Positions 11,313 through 20,319 of a DNA stretch of 64,000 nt are shown in pieces (positions within the stretch are counted from its first letter, which is position 1; every line of letters begins with the position of its first letter). The DNA comes from Myxococcota bacterium. GTDB lineage: Bacteria; Myxococcota_A; UBA9160; PR03. The notes under the pieces are model-generated. The model was not told where the DNA came from. It did no database searches and saw only the letters and a program-made list of their open reading frames with translations. The stretch lies in NCBI GenBank assembly GCA_039794265.1, contig JBDIVR010000006.1:71573-135572 (forward strand). The letters run 5' to 3'. The position numbers and the translations under genes are program-made.

Positions 11313-14300
11313 CTAGAACGTGTACCGCAGGCGCATGAAGAACTCGTCGCGCTCGCGTACGACGGCGAGGCCGTTCTCGACGCCTTGCGTGAATGCGGCG
11401 CTGCCCACCTGATTGCCGACGGTCCCGAGCCCCTGGATCGGGATGTCGGTGGTCTGGAACCGGCCCCAGAAGAAGTTCATGCCGATCGTCGCCGAGAACG
11501 CCTCCGAGAACCGGTACCCGATGCTCGTCAGCGCAGCCCCCGAGTTCGAGCGCCGGTCGTAGACGAACGTCACGCCGGGCAGCAGCCGGTCCTGGAAGTA
11601 CCCTGTCTGGACCGTGAAGGTCCCGAGGATGTTGTACGGACCGTTGCTCGTGAAGCCCTTGTTGTACTCGGTGATGTACTGGAAGAACCACTGGCTGTTG
11701 AAGAAGAACGTGCGGTTCTGGTTCAGGAAGTTGATGAACGTCGGCCGGTCCACCGACACCGTGAGGTTGATCGTGCTGGACTCCGAGATGTTGTCGAAGC
11801 GATCGTTGTTGGTGAAGCGCTGGCGGCTGATCCACGTCAGCTCCGTGCCCCAGTTGGACTTCGTCATGTCCTCGGCGAAGTCGAACGAGAAGCCGAGCAC
11901 GTTGCGCTTCGTGTAGCGCAGGATCGCTTCCCCTCCGCTGTGCCAGACGAAGTCCCAGCGCCCGAAGCCCTGGTTCCCGCCTGCCCGCACGTTGTTTCGC
12001 TGCGCGCCGCTGATGTCGAAGAACGACTGGACGGACGAGCAGAACTGCGGCTGCACGAACGAGCACTTGCCCTGGAAGTCCGCCGTGGTCGGATCGGTCG
12101 GATCGAAGGCCGCATAGGCGTTGTCCGGATCGAACTCGTTCTTCTCGGACGTCGTCGCGCCGTCCTGCCGCGACGAGAACGCGACCAGGATCTGCTGCAA
12201 GTTGAACGACAGCGCCGCCATCTCGCTGACGAACTGCTGCCCGATCGACGCGCCGAAGCCGACCGGATCGAAGCCGGGCGGGATCACGAGTCCGCCGATG
12301 CTGCCGTCCTGGTTCACGTTGTAGTCGGGGTTGGGCGTAACCCCATCCTGCAGGAACGGGCTGCGCGTGCCGGGTACCTGCACGAGGCGGCCCTCGAAGA
12401 AGCGCGCGGCCGGCAAGCTCGAGCCGTTCGCGACGAACCCGATCGTGCCGGGTTGCGCCTCGCCGTTCGCGAGGTTCCACACGGAGCGGCCGGAGGCGAA
12501 GAACTCCGGCGTGTAGTTCCCCTGGACGCCGACGAAGGACTGCATCAGCACGCCGGCGTCGGCGTTCAGGAGATCGATGCCATCGGCCTCGCAATCGGTT
12601 CCCCAGAACGGACCGCAGCCGAGCAACGCCTCCTGCTCGTCGGTCAGCGTCTGGTTCATCGATCGTCCGCCGCCGAACACGAGGCTGCCGGTGCGTGCGG
12701 GCTGCGCGGTGCAGCCTCCCATGCCGTCGGAGAAGAAGCCGTCGCACGGATCGATATTGAGACCGACGAGCGGCACCGGAACGCCCGCGAGCGCCGCCAG
12801 CGTGAAGCCGAGACCCGGGGCGCCGGCAATCGCGTTCGAGAGCAGTGACGCGATCGTGAACTGCAGATCCTTGGGATCCGACCGGTTCGAGCTTCCCCCT
12901 CCGAGCGGGTTGTTGAGGCTGTTGAAGACGCTCTGGCCGCACGCGCTCGAGTCGAGCGCGTTGAAGCCGATGCTGGTGGCGCAGATCATCGTGAACAGCT
13001 GCAGGTTGCTGCCGAAGTCCGCGAGCAGCTCCCCGCGATTGGCCGCGACGGCGACCTTGCCGGTCGGGTTGTCCGGCGTCGCGGTCGTACTGCCATCGGG
13101 GTTGATGTTGGAGACGATCGGGAGGCAGGCGGCCTCGGCGCCGGTCACGCACGAGCCCCGCGAGGTGGCGCGCAACGGCCGGCCGGTCGCCGGGTCGACC
13201 CGGCGCTCGAAGGTCTGGATGATGTCGGTGTACGGCAGGTCGTCGTAGCCGAGGAAGTCCGAGATCTGGAAGCTGAAGCGACCGAGGCGGAACTCCACGC
13301 GGGCGCCGAACTCGAGGCTCTCGATGTCCTGCCACGGGCTGTCCGGCCGGTCCTCGCCGGCCAGGCCGAAGCCGGTGAGCCCGTGCGCGAACAGGCCGAG
13401 CCGCTTGTTGCACGCCACCAACGCGGTGAAGGGCTCGCCGCACTGGCCGATGTCGGACGGTTTGAACTGGTCGAAGTTGAAGGCGATCTCGAGACGCACA
13501 TCCGAGGCCGGACCGACGTCGTAGAACGACCAGACGCCGCGCGCCGACCACACGGCGATCCGCGCCTCTTCGAGGCTCGGCAGCGACGCCAGCGCGAGAT
13601 CCACAGGGTTGAACTGGTCCGTCGTCCGGAACAGTTCCGTCTTGCCCCAGACGATGCTCTGCCGCCCGGCCCGGATCCACAGCCGGCTGTCGAAGAACTC
13701 CATGTCGAAGTAGGCCTCTTTGAGCTCGCGCTCCCAGCCCTGGCTGTCGCCGCGGTTCCAGGACAGCTGGCCCTGACTGAAGTTCTGCTTGGGGCTGTCG
13801 AGGTTCCGGGTCCGCTGCGTCCGCTGGAAGCCCCCGCTCGGCAGGAAGACACCGATCGAGCTCGAGCCGCCGCCGCCGCTCAGCGTTCCCTGCGCGAACT
13901 CGGATGCCACGCGGGCCGGGAGCTCGCCGGAACCGAACGGGTTGATGCCCGGAATGAGGGCGCCGCCGTTCGCGAGATCGGTGAGGATCGGGTTGAAATC
14001 GTCCGAGTTGAAGGGATTCGGCTTGCCGGCCAGGCCGCCGCGCTGCTTGGCGTCGCACTTCGGATTGATCGGGCCGATGATCTGGTTGCCGAATCCGTTG
14101 TCGCCGCCGGGGAACCCGCGGTTGCCGAACTTGCAATCCATCTGTTCGGAGAAGAAGAAGAACGCCGGGTCGTCGCCGCCGCGCTCGAACTGCGAGTTGA
14201 TGCCGCGCACGACGAACAGCCCGCGGAAGCCCGGAAGCTGATCGATCCGGGCCGGCTTGCGGCTGTTGCGCGATTGGCGCAGCGCGATGATCGGGTTCGT

Positions 14301-14852
14301 GAGCGTCTGGCCGCCCTCGGTGACACGTCCGTCCACGGTGGGCTCGGCGCGCGTCTCGAGGAAGCGCGTCGTCCGGCGTCGCTCGTTGAAGGGGCCGTTG
14401 CTGTTGTCACCGATGTAGAAGGACCCGCTGTTCCCGCTCTCGCGCCCGTTCGCCTTTACACCGGGGAGGTGGTTGACGCGATTCCCGAAGGCATCGGCGG
14501 ACGGAAAGATCCCGCACGCGCGGGTCCACACGCAGTCGTAGCGCGCCTCGAGGCGGAGGAAGCCCGACAGCACGTCGAACGGGCCCCATCCGTCGGGAGC
14601 GAAATCGTACTCCGTTTCGATGTTGAGGACGTGCTGCAGCGCCGCCAGATCCAGGTCGTCGGAGGCGCTGAAGTTGTTGCTGAGCGCGCGCGTCTGCTGT
14701 TCGAAGAAGCCGTGGATCTGCAAGCGCCCGTCGAAATACTCGAACGCTCGAGCCGACGGGGCCGCGAGCCCCACCAGCATTCCGACTGCAACCGTCGCCC
14801 GCACGAGATCTCCGACCGAGATCCCACGCCAGCCGCGAAGTCCGCGCATCAC
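11313..14852 (-). CDS. Very large outer-membrane beta-barrel protein, DUF1302-like
   Basis: 1179 aa with a signal peptide (VAVGMLVGLAAPSARA) and the DUF1302-type core LKEAYFDMEFFDSRLWIRAGRQSIVWGKTELFRTTDQFNPVDL. It has aromatic-rich alternating strands and a terminal RLRYTF with the OMP C-terminal Phe. Sixteen Cys fall into eight close pairs. Confidence 0.8.
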   Translation of the reverse strand: MMRGLRGWRGISVGDLVRATVAVGMLVGLAAPSARAFEYFDGRLQIHGFFEQQTRALSNNFSASDDLDLAALQHVLNIETEYDFAPDGWGPFDVLSGFLRLEARYDCVWTRACGIFPSADAFGNRVNHLPGVKANGRESGNSGSFYIGDNSNGPFNERRRTTRFLETRAEPTVDGRVTEGGQTLTNPIIALRQSRNSRKPARIDQLPGFRGLFVVRGINSQFERGGDDPAFFFFSEQMDCKFGNRGFPGGDNGFGNQIIGPINPKCDAKQRGGLAGKPNPFNSDDFNPILTDLANGGALIPGINPFGSGELPARVASEFAQGTLSGGGGSSSIGVFLPSGGFQRTQRTRNLDSPKQNFSQGQLSWNRGDSQGWERELKEAYFDMEFFDSRLWIRAGRQSIVWGKTELFRTTDQFNPVDLALASLPSLEEARIAVWSARGVWSFYDVGPASDVRLEIAFNFDQFKPSDIGQCGEPFTALVACNKRLGLFAHGLTGFGLAGEDRPDSPWQDIESLEFGARVEFRLGRFSFQISDFLGYDDLPYTDIIQTFERRVDPATGRPLRATSRGSCVTGAEAACLPIVSNINPDGSTTATPDNPTGKVAVAANRGELLADFGSNLQLFTMICATSIGFNALDSSACGQSVFNSLNNPLGGGSSNRSDPKDLQFTIASLLSNAIAGAPGLGFTLAALAGVPVPLVGLNIDPCDGFFSDGMGGCTAQPARTGSLVFGGGRSMNQTLTDEQEALLGCGPFWGTDCEADGIDLLNADAGVLMQSFVGVQGNYTPEFFASGRSVWNLANGEAQPGTIGFVANGSSLPAARFFEGRLVQVPGTRSPFLQDGVTPNPDYNVNQDGSIGGLVIPPGFDPVGFGASIGQQFVSEMAALSFNLQQILVAFSSRQDGATTSEKNEFDPDNAYAAFDPTDPTTADFQGKCSFVQPQFCSSVQSFFDISGAQRNNVRAGGNQGFGRWDFVWHSGGEAILRYTKRNVLGFSFDFAEDMTKSNWGTELTWISRQRFTNNDRFDNISESSTINLTVSVDRPTFINFLNQNRTFFFNSQWFFQYITEYNKGFTSNGPYNILGTFTVQTGYFQDRLLPGVTFVYDRRSNSGAALTSIGYRFSEAFSATIGMNFFWGRFQTTDIPIQGLGTVGNQVGSAAFTQGVENGLAVVRERDEFFMRLRYTF

Positions 14853-15114
14853 CCCTCCATGCGTCGTCGGTGGCCGCGCTCGGATCGCGCCACCTTTCGA
14901 ACCCGCGCCGGACTACGCCGAGCTCTCCCCTCGGAACGTCGCGGCCACGAGTGTTTCCCCCACTTCGATCTTCAACCGGATCGGGACGGCACCCCGCTCG
15001 TCCCGGTCGCCTCGCGCAGCTCGAACCACTCGAACGTTCTTCGCATCGGGCTCACCGACTCCGGCGCGATCAGGCACCGATGCCGCGGACCTGGAGCCCA
15101 GACGGTAGGGGTCG

Positions 15115-15144
15115 CTTATACCCCCGAACGCGTTCGTATTGCAA
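15115..15144 (-). promoter_or_regulatory. Candidate sigma70-type promoter (TTGCAA-18 nt-TATAAG) with an embedded 12-bp palindrome cgaacgcgttcg
   Basis: Read on the minus strand the sequence is caaTTGCAAtacgaacgcgttcgggggTATAAGcg. This is one of the few AT-richer spots in the window. It lies about 260 nt upstream of the barrel gene start at 14852. Sequence pattern only. Confidence 0.25.
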
Positions 15145-15269
15145 TTGTTTTCGGGAACCGGAGGGTCGGAAAGTCACCGGCACGGTGGCCACCGTGCGCG
15201 CCGCGCTCCGTCGATGCGGCATGCTGACGCTCGGAGCGGCGGATCGCGGCCGAAGTTGGCTCGCGACGG

Positions 15270-18221
15270 CTACTCGGGATCGGCGGGCGGGTCGCTCTCG
15301 GAGCCTTCGAGCGGACGCCTGCGCGCCGGCGCCTTCTTCCGGACCGTGGCCTTCTTCCCGGCCGCGGATTTCTTCCGAGCCGTCGCCTTCTTGCGCGCGG
15401 GGCGCCGCGGGCGATCCGCCGCCGAGGCGTTCGCCGCTTGCTCGCTCGCATCCGCGCTGGCTTTCGCTGTGCGCGGATCCTTGCGACGGCCACTCGCGGC
15501 GCGCTTGCCGCGCTTGGGCGCGGCCTCGGCAGCCCCGTCGGCGGCGGCGCCCGCGGCGTCCGTCGGCGCTGAATCCCCGGCGCCGCGCTTGCCGGCGCGC
15601 GGGGGAAACTCGAACCCGTGCCTGCCGTTCTTCCGCAACACCAATGTCGCGGAGAACGGACGGCCGTAGCGCGACGTGAAGTCCGTCAGCAACTCGGTCC
15701 TGCCGCCGGCAAGGTACACCTGCGCCTCGTCGCGCGTGATCTCGCGTTTACAGACGGTGCGAGGCAGCGCGAACCCACAGCTCTTCGGCCGTTCGACGCC
15801 CTCGCCGCCTTCGAGGTCCGCCTCCTTGAGCTTGCGCTCACAGAGGAAATGGGTGGCCGACTCGACGACGGCGCACTCCTCCTCGAACGGGCAGCCGCCG
15901 AGCGGCTCGGGATTCACTTCGTACTCGGGATCCGCGCTGATCTGGCCGTCTTCCCACGCGACGGCCCGGACCTGGACCTTCCACTCCTCACGGTCGATCT
16001 CGAGCGCGGCCTGATAGGTCCGTCCGTTGCGCGCGGCGAAGCCCTCGACGGGGCCCGTCTTGCCGTCGCGCAGCAGCACCGCGACGGTCGCGCGGTCGAG
16101 ATAGCGGCCGGAGGTGTCCTTCCAGATCCGGAGCGGGCAGTCCTCCTCGCGCGCCGGCAGCTCCTGGCAGCGGTAGAACCACGGGCCCTCGACGACCGGC
16201 CGACCGCAGCGCGGGCAGTCGCCGAGCGGAGGATCGTTCGCGTACAGGTCCTCGTACTCGAAGGTCTTCGCGCGTTCGACGATCTCGCGCGTATACGACT
16301 CCATCTCGCGCATGAAGTCCGCGCCGGCGCGCTGGCCGGTTTCGACCTGGTGCAGGTGCAGCTCCATCTCGCCGGTCAGCTCGGCCGACGCGAGCCCCTC
16401 GATGTGCACGCGCTTCAGGATGTCGATCAGCCGAATGCCCTTGGCCGTGGGGCGCAGCACCCGGCCGATCCGGACGACGTAGCCCTTCGCGATCAGGTTC
16501 TCGATGATCTCGGCGCGCGTCGCCGGCGTGCCGAGGCCGCGCTCGTGCATCGCGGCGGCCATTTCTTCGTCGTCGAGATCCTTGCCGGCGTTCTCCATCA
16601 GCGACAGCAGGCGCGCCTCGGTGATGCGCGGCAGGGATTTGGTCTGCTCCGCGAGCAGCTCGATGCCGCGGTTCTCGACGGGCACGCCGCCTTCGGCCGC
16701 CGCGGCTCCGGCCTTATGACCCAGCGGGCCGGCGGCTGCGCCGGCGGGCCGCAACGGCGGCAGCACCGCGACGTCGTCGCCGGCATCCGCCGTGGCGCCG
16801 CCCTCGAGGACGGCGCGCCAGCCGGGCTCGGTGATCGTGCGCGCGCGGCTGCGGAAGCGCTGGCCGGCGACGGTGGTCGTGCGCTCGACGCGCTCCCAGA
16901 CGGCGGGAGGATGGAAGGTCGCCAGGAAGCGGCGCATCACCAGATCGAAGAGCTTGCGGTCGTCGCCCGAAAGCCCGGCGCCCGGCAGGCGCCCGGTCGG
17001 CACGATGGCGAAGTGATCGGAGACCTTGCTGTCGTCGAAGGTGCGGGCCTCGTTCTGCAGGCCCTGCTCGAGCAGGCGCGCGGCGCCGACGCCGTACTCC
17101 CGCACGGGACCGCGCATGTCGCCGAGGGCGGCGTCGCCGCGGCGGCCGGCGGCGGCGAACGACTCGAGCACGCCGCGCACCGTGGCGCGGTAGTCGTTCG
17201 GCAGGCAGCGGGAGTCCGTGCGCGGATAGGTGAGCAGCTTGTGCTGCTCGTAGCAGCGCTGCGCGGCCGACAGCGTGCGCCGCGCCGTCCAGCCGAAGCG
17301 CCGGATCGCCTCGCGCTGCAGGCTGGTCAGGTCGAAGAGCGGCGGCGCGGACTCGCGCGACGGCTTGCGCGTCTCCTCGGCCGCGCCGGCCTTCCCCTCG
17401 ACGGCCGCCGCGAGCTCGCGCGCGCGCGCTTCGTCGAAGATCCGGTCGTCGCGCGCTTCGTCGTCGCCCTCGCCGACGGCCGGGTCGTACCAGGTGCCCT
17501 GATAGGCGTTCCCCTGATGGTCGAAACTTCCGACGATGCGCCAATACGGCCGCGGCACGTGCGCCAGCACCTCGAGCTCGCGCGCCACCAGCAGCGCGAG
17601 CGTGGGCGTCTGCACGCGGCCGGCCGACCATGCGCCCTTCTCGCGCCGGCCCTTCAGCCGCTTGGTCAGCGCGCGCGTCGCATTCATGCCGATCAGCCAG
17701 TCCGTCTTTGTCCGCGCGCTGGCGGCCGCCGCGAGCCCTTCCAGCTCCTCGCCGGGGCGCAGCCGTTCGAAGCCGGTGCGGATCGCCTCCTCGGTCATCG
17801 ACTGGAGCCACAGCCGCCGGATCGGCTTGGTGTCGTGGAAGTGCTCGACGATCTCGCGGAAGATCAGCTCGCCCTCGCGGCCGGCGTCGCACGCGTTGAT
17901 GACGCCGTCCACGTCCTCGCGCTGCAACAGCTTCTTGATCAGCCGCACGCGCTGCGTCTGGCCCGCCTTCGGCTTGGTCTGGAACTGCTCCGGGATGATC
18001 GGCAGCACGTCGAGCGTCCAGCGCTTGTAGGCCTCGTCGATCTCCTCGGGCGGCAGCAGCTCGAAAAGGTGGCCGACGGCCCACGTGAGGACGAACGCTT
18101 CGCTCTCGAAGAAGCCTTCGTCTTCCCGGAAGCCTCCGAGGGCCGCGGCGATGTCGCGGGCGACGCTCGGCTTCTCGGTGATGATCAGCGACTTGGCCAC
18201 AGAGTTTCCCCGCGGGATCAT
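15270..18221 (-). CDS. topB: DNA topoisomerase III with zinc-ribbon region and long basic C-terminal tail
   Basis: KSLIITEKPSVARDIAAALGG, VLTWAVGHL, KRWTLDVLPIIPEQF, ACDAGREGELIFR and WLIGMNATRA match type IA, Topo III-like proteins. CPRCGRP...FYRC forms a zinc ribbon. The tail is rich in KK, RK and A. I chose the ATG at 18221; the GTG at 18200 is an alternative. The listed start at 18308 falls inside the palindrome at 18304..18380. Confidence 0.88.
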   Translation of the reverse strand: MIPRGNSVAKSLIITEKPSVARDIAAALGGFREDEGFFESEAFVLTWAVGHLFELLPPEEIDEAYKRWTLDVLPIIPEQFQTKPKAGQTQRVRLIKKLLQREDVDGVINACDAGREGELIFREIVEHFHDTKPIRRLWLQSMTEEAIRTGFERLRPGEELEGLAAAASARTKTDWLIGMNATRALTKRLKGRREKGAWSAGRVQTPTLALLVARELEVLAHVPRPYWRIVGSFDHQGNAYQGTWYDPAVGEGDDEARDDRIFDEARARELAAAVEGKAGAAEETRKPSRESAPPLFDLTSLQREAIRRFGWTARRTLSAAQRCYEQHKLLTYPRTDSRCLPNDYRATVRGVLESFAAAGRRGDAALGDMRGPVREYGVGAARLLEQGLQNEARTFDDSKVSDHFAIVPTGRLPGAGLSGDDRKLFDLVMRRFLATFHPPAVWERVERTTTVAGQRFRSRARTITEPGWRAVLEGGATADAGDDVAVLPPLRPAGAAAGPLGHKAGAAAAEGGVPVENRGIELLAEQTKSLPRITEARLLSLMENAGKDLDDEEMAAAMHERGLGTPATRAEIIENLIAKGYVVRIGRVLRPTAKGIRLIDILKRVHIEGLASAELTGEMELHLHQVETGQRAGADFMREMESYTREIVERAKTFEYEDLYANDPPLGDCPRCGRPVVEGPWFYRCQELPAREEDCPLRIWKDTSGRYLDRATVAVLLRDGKTGPVEGFAARNGRTYQAALEIDREEWKVQVRAVAWEDGQISADPEYEVNPEPLGGCPFEEECAVVESATHFLCERKLKEADLEGGEGVERPKSCGFALPRTVCKREITRDEAQVYLAGGRTELLTDFTSRYGRPFSATLVLRKNGRHGFEFPPRAGKRGAGDSAPTDAAGAAADGAAEAAPKRGKRAASGRRKDPRTAKASADASEQAANASAADRPRRPARKKATARKKSAAGKKATVRKKAPARRRPLEGSESDPPADPE

Positions 18222-18303
18222 CCGCTCGGCCACCAGAGGGGCCACGGGCGGGTCCGAAGTCCGAGCATCCTTAGCCCGGGGCCTCCGGACTGACAAGGCG
18301 AGC

Positions 18304-18380
18304 GTCAAGAAAGGGGCCGGGTTCGTTCGTCAACTTTTCCTTCGGAAAAGTTGACGAACGAACCCGGCCCCTTTCTTGAC
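18304..18380. repeat. Perfect 77-bp palindrome, copy 2 of the recurrent element (37-bp arms, TTC apex)
   Basis: gtcaagaaaggggccgggttcgttcgtcaacttttcc / ttc / ggaaaagttgacgaacgaacccggcccctttcttgac. The arms are identical to copy 1. It lies in the divergent region between topB (minus strand) and the HIT gene (plus strand). Confidence 0.95.
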
Positions 18381-18641
18381 GGCTTGCGGTCCGCGGGTTG
18401 CAGGAGGGGGGCTCCTTGCCCTACTCCGATCGGATGACGGATCGCGCGCTGGCCACTCCGGTCCTCGCCCTGGGTGCCGGCGACGTGCCGGCGTGATCCG
18501 AGTGGTCTCGGACCGCACGCGGTGGCGCCCGGGGGGAAACGCGCGATCTCGATCGCAACATGACCGCGGCGATTGCCGTGGCGCAGGACGCCGTCGCGCG
18601 GGTCGCCGCCGCCGACGAGCCGTGACGGGAGGACCCGACGC

Positions 18642-18980
18642 ATGGGGGACACGATCTTCGGAAAGATCGCGCGGGGCGAACTCCCGGCGGACATCGTCTA
18701 CGAGGACGATCTCTGCGTGGCGTTTCGCGACATCGCCCCGCGGGCGCCGACGCACCTGCTGGTGATTCCGCGGCAGCCGATCGAGCGCCTCTCGCGCGCG
18801 GCCGACGGCGACGAGGCGCTGCTCGGCCATCTGCTGCGCGTCGCGGCGCGCGTCGCCGGCGATGCCGGACTCGCGGACTTCCGAATCGTCGTCAACGACG
18901 GCGCCGGTGCGGGGCAGACCGTCTTTCACCTGCACGTGCACGTGCTCGGCGGCCGAGCGCTCGCGTGGCCGCCCGGCTGA
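18642..18980 (+). CDS. HIT-family (HinT-like) nucleotide hydrolase
   Basis: ATG at 18642 with GGGAGGA upstream. [23 protein letters not shown] and the histidine triad HLHVHVLGG are present. Confidence 0.92.
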   Translation: MGDTIFGKIARGELPADIVYEDDLCVAFRDIAPRAPTHLLVIPRQPIERLSRAADGDEALLGHLLRVAARVAGDAGLADFRIVVNDGAGAGQTVFHLHVHVLGGRALAWPPG

Positions 18981-19020
18981 GCTGCGCTCCGGCTGGACCG
19001 CGCTCCGTCCGATCCGCCCG

Positions 19021-20253
19021 CTACTCGACGAGATTCGCCGGCACCGGCATCACGTTCCACGTGAACGCGGAGCCGACCGGCTGGCGCGTGTGGATGACCT
19101 CCTTCGCCCACCGGCCGTCCTGCCAGACGTAGCGCCGGACCTCGCCCTGGGTGTCGCTGGCGACGTACAGCTCGTCGCGGCCGTCGCCGTCGAGATCCGC
19201 GAGGATCGCTGCGTGCTCGAAGCCGCCGGACGCGCCGTCGATCAGGCTCTTCGTCCAGCGACCTGTGGCCGGCGCCGGCCCGGGCCGCAGCAGCCACAGG
19301 CCGCTCCGCATGCCGGCCGCGACCATCTCCCGCTGGCCATCGCCGTCGACGTCACCGGCCGTCAGGAAGCGGGTCTGCGTGTCGTCGAGCTCGGCGATCA
19401 CCGCGCCGTCCTTCGGGTCGGTCTCCGCGTCGTAGCGGCGGATCTCGACCTGGCCGCCGGAGACGGCCTCGACCGCCACGTACAGCTCGTCGCGGCCGTC
19501 TCCGTCGACGTCCGCGACGAGGATCTCCTTGGCGTGTCGGTCGCCCAGGTCCGCGACCTCCACGCGACCCTCACCCTTGGCGGGGATGTAGCGCGTCACC
19601 ATGCCGTGCTGGGGGGTTCCGTCGAGCCGGTTCGGCTCGCTCGGCGTCGCGTAGACCTCGAGCATGCCGTCGCCGTCGAGGTCGCCGACCTCGATCTCGT
19701 GTACGAACGTGTCGGCCTCCGCGTCGATCTCGGTGACCTTCCACGAGCCGTCGTCCTGTGGCGCGACGATCGCGACGATGCCCTGGTCGTGCGTCGCCAC
19801 GGCGATGTCGAGCTTGCCGTCGCCGTCGAGGTCGGCGATCTCGGCGTCGCGCATGCGGCTGAACTTGCCGCCGAAATCCCTCGTCCAGAGCGTTTCGGCG
19901 ACGAAGCCATCGGGCGCTTTGCGCCACAACTTCAGCGCCGCGGCGCTGCCCCCGAGCGTGAGGATCCCGTCTTCGTAAGCCATCGCCTTGTGGAAGACGT
20001 TGCTGTCCGGGTCGTCGATCGCCGTCACGGTCCATGCGCCGCCGCGGCGCAGCAGGATCTCGAGGCGGGCCGCCTGGGGCTTCGGCAGCACCTTGCCTTC
20101 CGGAGACACCTCGAACGGCGAGAGCGAGAGCAGGAGCCCGTAGGGCAGGTCGTCGCTCTTGCCTCCACAGGCGAGAGAGAGCCCGAGCGAGAACACGAGC
20201 AGGAGGGACAGTGCGGGCGCGCGGAACGGAGCGGTCGGCGGACGGCGGATCAT
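19021..20253 (-). CDS. FG-GAP/VCBS-repeat lipoprotein
   Basis: The true start is the ATG at 20253, with GGAGGAGG upstream. It has a lipobox (LSLACGG) and five D(L/V)DGDG calcium-type repeats (DLDGDGKLD, DLDGDGMLE, DVDGDGRDE, DVDGDGQRE, DLDGDGRDE). The upstream part of ORF 19021..21576 is antisense to hisS. Confidence 0.85.
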   Translation of the reverse strand: MIRRPPTAPFRAPALSLLLVFSLGLSLACGGKSDDLPYGLLLSLSPFEVSPEGKVLPKPQAARLEILLRRGGAWTVTAIDDPDSNVFHKAMAYEDGILTLGGSAAALKLWRKAPDGFVAETLWTRDFGGKFSRMRDAEIADLDGDGKLDIAVATHDQGIVAIVAPQDDGSWKVTEIDAEADTFVHEIEVGDLDGDGMLEVYATPSEPNRLDGTPQHGMVTRYIPAKGEGRVEVADLGDRHAKEILVADVDGDGRDELYVAVEAVSGGQVEIRRYDAETDPKDGAVIAELDDTQTRFLTAGDVDGDGQREMVAAGMRSGLWLLRPGPAPATGRWTKSLIDGASGGFEHAAILADLDGDGRDELYVASDTQGEVRRYVWQDGRWAKEVIHTRQPVGSAFTWNVMPVPANLVE

Positions 20254-20319
20254 CGGGGCCTCCTCCAGAGAGCCCGGTTTTGTAGCGTGCCCGGGAGCGG
20301 AGCGGTAACGGTCCCGGCC

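Noticed and set aside
11215-14136. 973-aa minus-strand ORF and 487-aa plus-strand ORF overlapping the barrel gene
   Set aside because: Their composition is dominated by Arg, Pro and Gly. The alternative frame (11313..14852) has a signal peptide, the DUF1302 core motif and a terminal aromatic residue.
15618-18293. 891-aa plus-strand ORF and 456-aa minus-strand ORF over the topoisomerase gene
   Set aside because: These are antisense or out-of-frame shadows with no motifs. The Topo III frame carries every type IA signature.
18862-20319. N-terminal 486 codons of ORF 18862..21597 and upstream 441 codons of ORF 19021..21576
   Set aside because: Each extension is antisense to the other strand's real gene (FG-GAP lipoprotein versus hisS). 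Internal starts with good RBS and family-typical N-termini are available.
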